This document shows, one piece after another, positions 1-8,946 of a stretch of 32,000 nucleotides of DNA. The DNA comes from Crocosphaera subtropica ATCC 51142. Its GTDB lineage: Bacteria; Cyanobacteriota; Cyanobacteriia; Cyanobacteriales; Microcystaceae. Position 1 is the stretch's first letter; each line of letters begins with the position of its first letter. A program made the translations under genes and the position numbers. The notes under the pieces were generated by a model. The model saw nothing but the letters and a program-made list of their open reading frames with translations. It was not told where the DNA came from and did no database searches. Location of the stretch: NCBI RefSeq assembly GCF_000017845.1, contig NC_010546.1, forward strand, positions 2,550,001 to 2,582,000. Reading direction: 5' to 3'.

Positions 1-457
1 CAGTTAATGGAGCTAGATAATTAAAAATGTCTTCATACCCAGCTCCTGCCGCACAATTTAAAGCAAAACCTCCTGTGCTTTGGTGTATTTGATTAATGTC
101 TGCTCCAAATTTAATCAAAAGTTTAACTATTTCTAGATTTCCCTTTTCCGCAGCTATCATTAAAGGAAGAGAAACTTCCGAATAAATAGGAATAGAGGGA
201 ACCGCTCCTGCTTCAAGCAAAATTTTAGCAATTTCAAAATTTTCTTCCTCTAATGCTTCTGTAAGTGGTGTCCCTAAATTGCACTCATAATTAACATTCG
301 CTCCAGCTTTGATTATCATTTCAACAGCTTTTACATTGTTTCTGTAGCAAGCACTGAATAAGGCATTATTTAATGCTTGTTGGCTTATATCTGTTTTCGA
401 TAATATTTCTTTTATTTTATTTAAGTTGTTATCTTTAACGGAATTTAATAAGTTCAT
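1..457 (-). CDS. Ankyrin-repeat protein, N-terminal 152 codons (ORF continues past the window start)
   Basis: My translation of the minus strand from ATG at 457-455 gives MNLLNSVKDNNLNKIKEILSKTDISQQALNNALFSACYRNNVKAVEMIIKAGANVNYECNLGTPLTEALEEENFEIAKILLEAGAVP...LPLMIAAEKGNLEIVKLLIKFGADINQ..., open to base 1. It contains three ANK-like units. It is absent from the ORF track because no stop lies in the window. Confidence 0.75.
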   Translation of the reverse strand, partial: MNLLNSVKDNNLNKIKEILSKTDISQQALNNALFSACYRNNVKAVEMIIKAGANVNYECNLGTPLTEALEEENFEIAKILLEAGAVPSIPIYSEVSLPLMIAAEKGNLEIVKLLIKFGADINQIHQSTGGFALNCAAGAGYEDIFNYLAPLT

Positions 458-545
458 TATCTTAGATTACAAAAAACTATTTTAAAAATGTTTTCTTTTT
501 AGGAAAAAAGCTAATTATTTCTAATTTTTAGACTAACAGGGTAGT

Positions 546-701
546 TTATTCTTGCGGATAACGTTGCCATAAATCTGTTATCCTGTGCAAACTGCAATGA
601 TTCCCTTCCCCTAAGATAAGATGATCAATCAGTGGAATACGAATAAGTTGCATTCCTTTTAGTAATTGTTCGGTTAAATCTAAATCTTGTTGCGAGGGTT
701 C
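546..701 (-). pseudogene. Orphan 3'-terminal fragment of a radC allele (last 51 codons plus stop)
   Basis: Bases 546-701 align without gaps to 2518-2673, the 3' end of intact radC, with 144/156 identical. The encoded [51 protein letters not shown] differs from RadC by one residue. Similarity stops at 701/702, so the HNHPSG JAB motif is missing. The N-terminal part of track ORF 546..731 has no similarity to RadC. Confidence 0.85.
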
Positions 702-820
702 GGGAACTAGCATTGTGATAGGGCGTAACAAAGCGATCGCATTAATTATACACGCTTAAATCTGATCAACACCTAAGAGCATCTAAGATTAAGCCATGTT
801 GTCTATTTTATCTGTTTTCC

Positions 821-2290
821 CTAGGATATTGAGGTTTGATTTCCTAAGATAACCCAAAACAGAAAAATTAACATTAAACTCATCCCTCCAATTAAATGCT
901 CAAATTGTTCAGCGATACGAGGTAGTTTAATTACCATTCGTTGAACTATTAAAATATAAGTAAACCAGCCTAAAAAGATGGTAATTAAAGGTTTGATAAT
1001 ATTGACAAAAGTATAGGCTTGATAATAAACACCGTTTGCAATTAATAAGCCACCTAGTAATAAACCAATAGCTGGAAAAAATCCAGATTTTGCTTTACTT
1101 CCTCCGCTTTTTTCGTGGGGTAAAAAGATAAACTTAGCAAAGGTGGTGGCTGTCCCTAGGGCAGCAATATTCATTCCAATGACTTGCCAAGGCAATAAAT
1201 TTTTCATGGTCAAAACCTTCGCCCCAAACCCTGATAATAAAGGAAATCCCGAAATTGAAAAACTGGCCATAACCAAAGGTATCCAAATAGCAGTTTTCAT
1301 CGGTTGATCTTGTAATACTTTGAGGTTACGACTTGGTAAAATTCCTGCCATCAAAAATAAAGATGACTTAACCAAACCATGAGTTAAAGCATAAAATCCA
1401 CCCACTTCTGGGGCTGCTAAAATAAAGCCTAATTGGGAAACTGTGGAAAAGGCTAACATCCGTTTTGTGTCTTGTTCAAAAATAGCATAACTCACCCCTA
1501 ATAATGCCGTTCCTACTCCAAAAATACGAATAATCGGATCAACTTCAGGAACCATTAACGTACAACGAACTAAGGGGTAAATTGCCGCTTTAACCACAAC
1601 CCCTGATAACATAGCAGAAACAGGACTATCCGATTCAGAATGGGTCAAAGGTAACCATAACCCTGAAACAAAAATCCCACCTTTTGCTAACAGTCCTAAA
1701 AAGATAAGGGCAACTGCTTCTGGTGGTGATCCTCTTAACCCTTCAAAGCCAAAAGAATGATGTGCCTTATAGACTAAAACTGTGCCTACCAGATAAAATA
1801 ACATGGCCACATTACTGACAAAGAGATAACGTAACCCTACCCATATTGAGCGATCGCTTCTTGGATAAGTAATGAGTAAAAAGGCAGCAATACTAATAAC
1901 TTCTAAAGCTACATATAAACTGATAAAATCAGCACAAATAAAAGCAGCATTAACACTTCCATGTAAAATAATAACCTGGGTATAAAAAAAGTTAGTTTTA
2001 TCACTATGCCAGCAATAAAGAATAACTCCCAAGGTAACTAAGGCATTCGTTAAAATAAAAAAACCACTTAAGTTATCAATTAATAAAATTACCCCGAAAT
2101 TATCTAACAATTGTAAATCTAAAGGTAAAGATAAACTGAATATTGTCAAGCTGTACCCTAGGGAAATAATAGCAACTCCTAAAGCCAGATAACGACAGAT
2201 TGAGGGCAATAAATAAATGTTAAATCCAATAAATAAGGGTAACGCTATCCAGATAATTGTTAAAGCATTCATTTTACGGTTATAGTTCAA
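821..2290 (-). CDS. Proton-conducting membrane transporter, MnhD/MrpD/NuoN-like antiporter subunit (orphan copy)
   Basis: A 489-aa polytopic protein with complex-I antiporter-like signatures: YVALEVISIAAF (TM5 Glu) and LAKGGIFVSGLWLPLTHSESDSPVSAMLSGVVVKAAIYP (equivalent to the WLP..H...PTPVSALL..V.VKAG.Y motif). The start may instead be the downstream Met in MNALTIIW. Confidence 0.85.
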   Translation of the reverse strand: MNYNRKMNALTIIWIALPLFIGFNIYLLPSICRYLALGVAIISLGYSLTIFSLSLPLDLQLLDNFGVILLIDNLSGFFILTNALVTLGVILYCWHSDKTNFFYTQVIILHGSVNAAFICADFISLYVALEVISIAAFLLITYPRSDRSIWVGLRYLFVSNVAMLFYLVGTVLVYKAHHSFGFEGLRGSPPEAVALIFLGLLAKGGIFVSGLWLPLTHSESDSPVSAMLSGVVVKAAIYPLVRCTLMVPEVDPIIRIFGVGTALLGVSYAIFEQDTKRMLAFSTVSQLGFILAAPEVGGFYALTHGLVKSSLFLMAGILPSRNLKVLQDQPMKTAIWIPLVMASFSISGFPLLSGFGAKVLTMKNLLPWQVIGMNIAALGTATTFAKFIFLPHEKSGGSKAKSGFFPAIGLLLGGLLIANGVYYQAYTFVNIIKPLITIFLGWFTYILIVQRMVIKLPRIAEQFEHLIGGMSLMLIFLFWVILGNQTSIS

Positions 2291-2517
2291 CTATTTTGAT
2301 TGATTTTAAGCCAATTAACTTGAAAAAGCTCTTCAAATAAAAGTTTTGCAGAAGCTTATGATTAGGTTTATGTGTTGTCTTTATTGATACTGGTATAATT
2401 CCTGACAATCTAAATAAGAAAAGCAAATTAAGGTTATCTAGTATTTATTCTAGTATAGCCTAAAATCAATTCTAAATTAAATAGCATTTATATATATATA
2501 TGATAGAAAAACTGTTA

Positions 2518-3246
2518 TCATTCTTGAGGATAACGTTGCCATAAATCTGTTGCCCTGTGCAAACTGCAATGATTACCTTCTCCTAAGATAAGATGATCAA
2601 TCAGAGGAATACGAATGAGTTGCATTCCTTTTAATAATTGTTCCGTTAAATCTAAATCTTGTTGTGACGGTTCAACATTGCCAGAGGGATGATTATGGGC
2701 CACAATTAAAGCGTTTGCCCCTTGTTTGAGGGTTTCTCGAAAAATTTCAGCTGGATCAACCAAGGTTTCTGTAGCGGTTCCAATGGTGATCACTTTGGTT
2801 CCTAAGAGTCGGTATTTGCTGTCTAAAAATACAGCAGCAAAATGCTCTCGTCTCTCCCACATCAAGTCGTGACTCAAGGCAGCTACAGCAGCTTCAGGAC
2901 TATCAATGGTCACTCGTTCGAGGGGACGCACCTGAAAGGTTCGTTTTCCTAATTCTACTGCAGCAATAATGGTTGTCGCTTTGGCCGGTCCAATACCATC
3001 AATACTCATTAATTCATGGGGACTAATATCCCGTAAAATATCGAGGGGATCACGACGATGTTTGCTTAATTCCTGTAGAATATGATGGCCTAACCCGACA
3101 GCAGAGAGTTTACCTTTTCCTTGTCCTGTTCCCAGTAAAATGGCTAAGAGTTCAGCAGTGGCTAGATTTTTTGCCCCTACCGCCATTAAACGTTCACGGG
3201 GTCGTTCACTCGAAGGAATATCGGCAATTCTTAAATGATAGGTCAT
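2518..3246 (-). CDS. radC: RadC-family JAB-domain protein (UPF0758)
   Basis: A 242-aa protein. The N-terminus has a helix-hairpin-helix region (ERPRERL..GA..L...[10 protein letters not shown]), and the C-terminus has the JAB motif [19 protein letters not shown]. Confidence 0.9.
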
Positions 3247-3328
3247 CTTCAGTTAAAAAGGAGCAATACATTATCCTCATATTCTCCTGTTTTAACTGAT
3301 TTTGAGGCCAATGCCTGTGATCTTGTTT

Positions 3329-3502
3329 CTATGCGTGACATTCACACCCATGATGAGAACATCCTGAACCGTTGGGATGTCCATTCGCACAAGCATCACC
3401 GCAATAATATTTGCCTTCTTTTTGGACAGCATCGCTAATCGAAACAATACAATTACAAGAAGGACAAGCGCATTTCATTTGAGTTACAGTGGCTGATGTC
3501 AT
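3329..3502 (-). CDS. smtA: SmtA/BmtA-type bacterial metallothionein (57 aa, below the ORF-track cutoff)
   Basis: My translation: MTSATVTQMKCACPSCNCIVSISDAVQKEGKYYCGDACANGHPNGSGCSHHGCECHA, followed by a stop. The nine Cys and the His ligands sit in the same pattern as Synechococcus SmtA (KCAC..C.C...YYC..AC..GH...GC.H.GC.CH). It lies antisense to the spurious track ORF 3235..3438. Confidence 0.9.
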   Translation of the reverse strand: MTSATVTQMKCACPSCNCIVSISDAVQKEGKYYCGDACANGHPNGSGCSHHGCECHA

Positions 3503-3641
3503 AACTAATAATCCAATAACAATCTATCTTTATTTAAACCCATCATTCGGGTTGATTCAAAGGGATTGAGACGAATTTTAATGTATACTTTTTGTTTAAA
3601 TGAATACAGCAAAAATCCGAGGATCATGATATGTATAGAAG

Positions 3642-4124
3642 TTAGCGAAGAACAGATAAATACATATCAGGAAGATTGATCTTATTTGCCACCATCTTCA
3701 AAATTTTGAACACTTGAGACGTTTTTAAGGGTTTCCCTAATTTATCACTAAATAAAAAGTCTGATGATTGAGTTTCATATCCGTTAAGATATACGGTTAA
3801 ATAGGGTCGTAATTTAGTAATAATGGGAACTTGTTTCGTCTTTCGTAAGGTTGAGTCCTCAATAATAATCATTTCAGAAGTGATGTCCTGTTTTTGTAAG
3901 GATAAAATATCTTCTACTCTAGAAGTCGTAAAGTAAGCTAAGGCGACAATGGTTCGATATTGAAGGGGTAAAACCTGTAAAAATTCTTCTAAGAGAGAAA
4001 TTTTGGGTTTCCACAAGTGAGGAGTTAGCAGGGTATTCAGCATGATAAAAGGGTGAGAGTGCAGCGAAAATATGAAAATATTATTAATATACTTATATCT
4101 TAACAAGAATTGTCTGGAATGCAA
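3642..4124 (-). pseudogene. Truncated tyrosine recombinase/integrase-like remnant (real start more likely Met at 4043)
   Basis: The segment ...RTIVALAYFTTSRVEDILSLQKQDI...RKTKQVPI...DFLFSD.LGKPLKTSQVFKILKMVANKINLP resembles the first half of the phage-integrase catalytic domain (Arg-I box, beta-hairpin Lys). The ORF stops where the H-x-x-R and catalytic Tyr regions should follow, and I found no continuation in other frames. Confidence 0.5.
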
Positions 4125-4153
4125 GACATTTTTGATCAGCTAGAGAAAAATGA

Positions 4154-4966
4154 TTATTGAGAAAAATAATTACTTAATGCGATCCATTGATTGAGATCAA
4201 GGTTTTCAGCCCGTACTTGTTCATTTAGATCAATTTCTGTTAAAAATTCTGTCAAAAGATCCCGATCAATTAAACTTTGTAGGTTATTGCGTAACATTTT
4301 ACGACGACTAGAAAACCCTAAATTAATTAAGGTTTCTAAATATTTAGGATTAGTAGCAGAATTAAGCAAAGAACGAGGACGAAACGTAATAACCGCAGAA
4401 TCTACTTTTGGGGGAGGATAAAAGGATTTTTTCGGCACATCACAAATATAATTACAATCAGCTAAATATTGCATTTTGATGGATAATGCACCATAATTTT
4501 TACTACCAGGATAAGCAATAATTCTCTGTGCTACCTCTTTTTGAATTAATAAAACGATGAGGTCGTAAGAGGGTTGTTTAGGTGAAGAAATGCGACCTAA
4601 TAGTTTATCTAAAATTGGACTGGTAATATTGTAGGGAATATTTGCAACCACTTTATTAATGGGTAAAAACTTAGGAAACTGTTGGGCTTCTGTGGCAATA
4701 TCTAATTTTAAAATATCCCCTTGTAACAGTAAAAAATTATCTTCATCCCCTAAACTTTTGACTAATTTTTTACAGAGATCCCAATCTAATTCTACCGCAA
4801 TGAGAGACTGAACTAAAGGTAAGAGACGACGGGTTAAAATACCGGTTCCTGGTCCAATTTCTAAAAGGCGATCGCTTTTTTTGAGGTTCGCAGCCTGTAT
4901 AATTTGTTCTAGTGCCGTTTCACTGCGTAACCAATGTTGAGCAAACCGTTTACGGGGTTGGGGCAT
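4154..4966 (-). CDS. rsmA: 16S rRNA (adenine1518/1519-N6)-dimethyltransferase RsmA/KsgA
   Basis: A 270-aa protein with the N-terminal RKRFAQHWL motif, SAM-binding LEIGPGTGILT, the NIPYNITSPI motif and a C-terminal RAE.L......L helix. Confidence 0.93.
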   Translation of the reverse strand: MPQPRKRFAQHWLRSETALEQIIQAANLKKSDRLLEIGPGTGILTRRLLPLVQSLIAVELDWDLCKKLVKSLGDEDNFLLLQGDILKLDIATEAQQFPKFLPINKVVANIPYNITSPILDKLLGRISSPKQPSYDLIVLLIQKEVAQRIIAYPGSKNYGALSIKMQYLADCNYICDVPKKSFYPPPKVDSAVITFRPRSLLNSATNPKYLETLINLGFSSRRKMLRNNLQSLIDRDLLTEFLTEIDLNEQVRAENLDLNQWIALSNYFSQ

Positions 4967-4998
4967 AATGAATACTATGTTGAAATAACTCTTTTTTT

Positions 4999-6660
4999 AT
5001 GACATCACCTGATACTGAGAAACTCCATTTTACCACAAAATTAGCCTATGGTGCTGGTGATTTTGGTCCTGCGATCGCTGCTAATATTTTAGTCTTTTAT
5101 TTATTATTTTTCTTTACTAATGTGGCTGGTTTACCACCGGGTTTAGCTGGCAGTATTTTAATGATTGGGAAAATTTCTGATGCGATTAATGATCCCATTG
5201 TTGGAGTATTAAGTGATAAAACTCGCACTCGTTGGGGTCGTCGTCTTCCTTGGATTTTAGGGGGAATGATTCCCTTTGCTCTCTTTTATTCTTTACAGTG
5301 GATCATCCCCCAGTTTAGTGACGATTTATCAGCCAATCGATGGGGTTTATTTGCTTATTATGTTATTATTGGAATCTTTTTCAACATTGCTTATACAACA
5401 GTCAATTTACCTTATACGGCTTTAACTCCAGAATTGACCCAAGATTATAATGAACGAACTAGCCTCAATAGTTTTCGCTTTTCTTTTTCTATTGGTGGCA
5501 GTATTTTATCATTAATTCTCTATATTTTAGTTTCTATTGCTTATCCTGATGATCCTCAAAGACGATTCTTTATTTTAGGATTAAGTTGTTCTATTTTAGG
5601 GATTATTGCCCTACTTTGGTGTAGTTTGAGGATACAAGAAAAAGGCAGAGAACCTATTTTAAATTTAACCCAAAAGAAACAATTAGGAGTGGTATTAACG
5701 GGAGTGAGTCTTTTAGGAATAATTTATGCAATTTTAAGACTTATTCCTGCTACTTCAACCTTCTTAGGAGGTAGTGGAAATATAGATTATATTAGCTTCT
5801 TTTCTATTTTATCCAGTCTATTACTCTTAGGATTTGGCTGTAGTTTACTCTTTGCAGAAGTAGAAAATCATTTAGTTAATCAAGAAGCAAAACAAACGAG
5901 ACAAGATAACCAAGACCAAATCAATCTTTCTTTTTTTCAACAACTAAAAATAGTCTTTAATAACCGTCCCTTTCTATTTGTTATTGGTATTTATTTATGT
6001 TCTTGGTTAGCGGTTCAATTAACTGCATCTATCTTAGTTTATTTTGTGGTTAGTTACATGAACCTAGGGGAAGATACATCCGGTTTAGTGGCGTTAGCGG
6101 TGCAAGGAACCGCTTTAATTATGTTATTTTTATGGCAGGCCGTCTGTCAAAAATTAGATAAAAAAATTGTCTATTTTATGGGTACAGGAATTTGGATTAT
6201 TGCTCAAATTGGACTCTTTTTATTACAACCCGGTCAAGTTACATTGATGTTTATTTTAGCCATTCTGGCCGGATTTGGGGTATCCGTTGCTTATCTCATT
6301 CCTTGGTCAATGGTTCCCGATGTCATAGAATTAGATGAATTAGAAACTGGACAACGCAGAGAAGGGGTATTTTATGCCTTTATGGTACTCTTACAAAAGT
6401 TTGGGTTAGCGTTAGGATTATTCTTAGTGGGTGTCGTCTTAGAAGCAGCCGGGTTTGTCGAACAAATTCCCGGTGAACCCATTCCTACCCAACCGGAAAC
6501 TGCCTTATTTGCTATTAGAATTGCCGTGGCTCCCTTACCAGCTATTATCTTAATTATAGGGTTAATCTTGGCTTATTTTTATCCCATTACCCGTGAAGTT
6601 CATGCCGAAATTCGTTTGAAATTGAAAGAGAAACATCAAACTGAGAGGGAACAGTTATAA
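4999..6660 (+). CDS. MFS transporter of the GPH (glycoside-pentoside-hexuronide:cation symporter) family, with an enlarged central region
   Basis: A 553-aa protein with the GPH signature KLAYGAGDFG...ISDAINDPIVGVLSDKTRTRWGRRLPW and 12 or more hydrophobic segments. Confidence 0.85.
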   Translation: MTSPDTEKLHFTTKLAYGAGDFGPAIAANILVFYLLFFFTNVAGLPPGLAGSILMIGKISDAINDPIVGVLSDKTRTRWGRRLPWILGGMIPFALFYSLQWIIPQFSDDLSANRWGLFAYYVIIGIFFNIAYTTVNLPYTALTPELTQDYNERTSLNSFRFSFSIGGSILSLILYILVSIAYPDDPQRRFFILGLSCSILGIIALLWCSLRIQEKGREPILNLTQKKQLGVVLTGVSLLGIIYAILRLIPATSTFLGGSGNIDYISFFSILSSLLLLGFGCSLLFAEVENHLVNQEAKQTRQDNQDQINLSFFQQLKIVFNNRPFLFVIGIYLCSWLAVQLTASILVYFVVSYMNLGEDTSGLVALAVQGTALIMLFLWQAVCQKLDKKIVYFMGTGIWIIAQIGLFLLQPGQVTLMFILAILAGFGVSVAYLIPWSMVPDVIELDELETGQRREGVFYAFMVLLQKFGLALGLFLVGVVLEAAGFVEQIPGEPIPTQPETALFAIRIAVAPLPAIILIIGLILAYFYPITREVHAEIRLKLKEKHQTEREQL

Positions 6661-6671
6661 GATAGTTTTAA

Positions 6672-6688
6672 GGTGGGCAATGCCCACC
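6672..6688. terminator. GC-rich hairpin between the convergent GPH transporter and hpnH genes (possible bidirectional terminator)
   Basis: GGTGGGC-AAT-GCCCACC forms a 7-bp GC-rich stem in the 35-nt gap between two convergent stop codons. Confidence 0.5.
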
Positions 6689-6695
6689 CTACTAT

Positions 6696-7712
6696 TTAAG
6701 CACTAATGACACTACCTAAAGCCCGTCCCATGTTTGCAGGGTTCATGGCATCAACGGCTGCAGTGGGTTCGTAACCGCAATGTACCATACAATCAGCACA
6801 TTTAGGATTACCACTGGCGCGGCCGTAATTTTCCCATTGGGTGTTTTCCATTAACTCGTTAAAGGTTTGATAATGACCTTCATTGAGGAGATAACAGGGT
6901 TTTTGCCACCCTAACACGCTGTAACTCGGACTTCCCCAGGGGGTACATTCATAATCTTTTTCTCCTAGCAGAAAGTCTAAAAAGAGAGGATTATGGTTAA
7001 AATTCCATTTTTTCTGGCCTAACTTCCAAGGCATCAAAATTTCTCGGAATAACTTCTTCGTTTGTTCCCGTTTTAAGAAATTATCTTGATTTGGGGCCCA
7101 CTCGTAACTGTATCCAGGGGAGATCATCATGCCATCGGTTCCCAACGTTTCGAGGAAATCAAAAAATTCTTGCATTTCCTTGGGATCTGCATCTTCAAAC
7201 ACTGTGGTATTGGTGGTGACTCGGAAACCTTTAGCCTTAGCTGCCTTGATCCCTGTGATCGCCTTATCGAATACCCCTTTGCGATCGACACATTTATCAT
7301 GATGTTCCCGTAACCCATCTAAATGCACACTGAAGCAAAAATAAGGCGACGGTTCAAACTTATGTAAACTCTTTTCTAAAAGAATGGCATTGGTACAAAG
7401 ATAAACAAATTTTTTCCGTTCCACCAACCCTTTAACAATCTCATCAATTTGAGGATGGAGTAAAGGTTCACCACCCGGAATAGACACCACCGGCGCGCCG
7501 CATTCTTCGACTGCTTTAAAACATTGTTCGGGGGTGAGGTTACGGGCTAAAATATCCGTGGGATGTTGGATTTTTCCGCATCCAGAACAAGCTAAATTAC
7601 AACGAAATAAAGGTTCTAACATCAACACCAACGGAAAGCGTTGACGACCCTTTAACCGTTGACTGATTATATAAGTCCCTACAGTTAGGGCTTGTTTTAA
7701 TTGAACGGCCAT
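6696..7712 (-). CDS. hpnH: Adenosyl-hopene transferase HpnH (radical SAM, hopanoid side-chain biosynthesis)
   Basis: A 338-aa protein. The N-terminus ...[27 protein letters not shown] carries the CxxxCxxC radical-SAM cluster in the characteristic HpnH context. The C-terminus is Cys-rich ([11 protein letters not shown]). Confidence 0.9.
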   Translation of the reverse strand: MAVQLKQALTVGTYIISQRLKGRQRFPLVLMLEPLFRCNLACSGCGKIQHPTDILARNLTPEQCFKAVEECGAPVVSIPGGEPLLHPQIDEIVKGLVERKKFVYLCTNAILLEKSLHKFEPSPYFCFSVHLDGLREHHDKCVDRKGVFDKAITGIKAAKAKGFRVTTNTTVFEDADPKEMQEFFDFLETLGTDGMMISPGYSYEWAPNQDNFLKREQTKKLFREILMPWKLGQKKWNFNHNPLFLDFLLGEKDYECTPWGSPSYSVLGWQKPCYLLNEGHYQTFNELMENTQWENYGRASGNPKCADCMVHCGYEPTAAVDAMNPANMGRALGSVISA

Positions 7713-7971
7713 AGACTTCTCTTCTCACACCTAAATAATTTCTGGTTATTATAGTCTTTCTTTCTGGTTGCTTGGGGGTAATTTAAAAATATCTTTGTTT
7801 ATCGTCAACAAAGAGTACACTCTTCTAATATTTAACCTCACTTTATTACGGGATCTCAAGGCAGAGGGAAGAAATTGGGAGAATTAATGGGAAAAGACTC
7901 TGGTTGGTAGTCAGTAAAGCGAAAAAGTCTTACACTAAATTGAAGCATTTTTCGCCGAATCCACAACCACT

Positions 7972-8601
7972 ATGGAAGACCTTTGGTTTCAACCGTTTAT
8001 TTGGACAGATTATCGACTCGCCGTTCTTTTTACAGTCATTATCCCCCTAATTTTAACGATTTGGGCATTAATGAAACAAGTTGATGCTATCGGGCGTTTA
8101 TTAATCATCTATTGGCGGGTGGCTAGTTTATTATTGATTACGGTTTATTTATTAGCTCCTGGTTGGGTTGGAGAAAATACCCCTTTTGAAGCATTTTGCG
8201 GACAAATAGGCTTTATTACTGGTTTAGCTGCTCGTATCCTCATCCCTGTTTCTTTATGGTTTTGGGTAGATTTGAATGATGAAATTAAAGATTTACCTTG
8301 GAGTTTCCTGAAATTGATGGTAACCTCCTGGCGTTGGGCTGTCACGGTTTACGGTAGCATTAGTGCCATCGTTCACGTCCCCTTTCTTTCCTGTGCCATG
8401 TCTGGCAGCACTTTAGAGACTCCCTTTTGTCAAGTTTGGCTACAAGCACCCGTTGGCTACTGGTCTATGGTGCATGGGGACGCAACCCCAGGTTTTATGG
8501 GATTTATGGGTTTACTGGGATTATCTATTTATGTTCTCTATTTTGCTTATTTCTTATTGGTTCGTCTGGGAAAACAAGGAAGATCGGCCTTAGAACATTA
8601 A
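7972..8601 (+). CDS. Polytopic membrane protein of unknown function
   Basis: A 209-aa ORF with about 5-6 hydrophobic helices and a non-repetitive composition. The overlapping antisense ORFs look spurious. I recognise no family with confidence. Confidence 0.6.
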   Translation: MEDLWFQPFIWTDYRLAVLFTVIIPLILTIWALMKQVDAIGRLLIIYWRVASLLLITVYLLAPGWVGENTPFEAFCGQIGFITGLAARILIPVSLWFWVDLNDEIKDLPWSFLKLMVTSWRWAVTVYGSISAIVHVPFLSCAMSGSTLETPFCQVWLQAPVGYWSMVHGDATPGFMGFMGLLGLSIYVLYFAYFLLVRLGKQGRSALEH

Positions 8602-8705
8602 ATGAGAGAGTATCAGGGTGAAACTTATGTTTCTTTCGGTAGAGGGGAGCAAGATTATCTCTTGTTTTGATCATAACTAGAAGCAAAACAAGGAGATAAA
8701 TTCTT

Positions 8706-8888
8706 ATGAGTACCCAAGATAGAGTTGAAGCAACCAAAAGCAATATTGAAGGAAAAGCCCAAGAGGCCATGGGAGAAATCACAGGTGATCCTCAAGATAA
8801 AGCTAAAGGTGAAGCCAAACAAGAAAAAGCAAAAGCCCAACACGCTGTAGAAGATGCCAAAGACAAAGTAAAACAAGCTCTTGACTAA
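8706..8888 (+). CDS. CsbD-family general stress protein
   Basis: A 60-aa protein, MSTQDRVEATKSNIEGKAQEAMGEITGDPQDKAKGEAKQEKAKAQHAVEDAKDKVKQALD, with the typical CsbD pattern (..GK.KE..G..TGD......G...Q..GK.Q....D.KD..K). A hairpin terminator follows directly. Confidence 0.85.
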   Translation: MSTQDRVEATKSNIEGKAQEAMGEITGDPQDKAKGEAKQEKAKAQHAVEDAKDKVKQALD

Positions 8889-8911
8889 TCATTTCTCAGC
8901 ATAAAAATTAA

Positions 8912-8946
8912 AAGCAGGAATGGTGTTAATCTTCCTGCTTTTTAAG
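8912..8946 (+). terminator. Rho-independent terminator of the CsbD gene
   Basis: AAGCAGGAA (8912-8920) pairs with TTCCTGCTT (8932-8940) and is followed by a T run. Confidence 0.7.

Noticed and set aside
546-731. Track ORF of 61 aa, considered as a possible independent small gene.
   Set aside because: Only its C-terminal 51 residues resemble RadC. The N-terminal 10 residues are read-through of unrelated sequence, and the catalytic JAB motif is missing. It is treated as a gene fragment.
2489-2502. A (TA)7 microsatellite between the radC stop and the MnhD-like gene start.
   Set aside because: Short TA runs are common in AT-rich intergenic DNA. It is noted only as part of the junction region and not as a feature in its own right.
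3235-3438. Track ORF of 67 aa on the plus strand.
   Set aside because: It lies antisense to the convincing metallothionein ORF (3329-3502, minus strand) and overlaps the radC start. It has no recognisable features.
3503-3641. A search for an SmtB/ArsR-type 12-2-12 inverted-repeat operator upstream of the metallothionein gene.
   Set aside because: I found only weak half-site-like strings (TGTATTC...GTATACA, TGAATCA...GAATGA) and no convincing symmetric operator, so no regulatory site is called.
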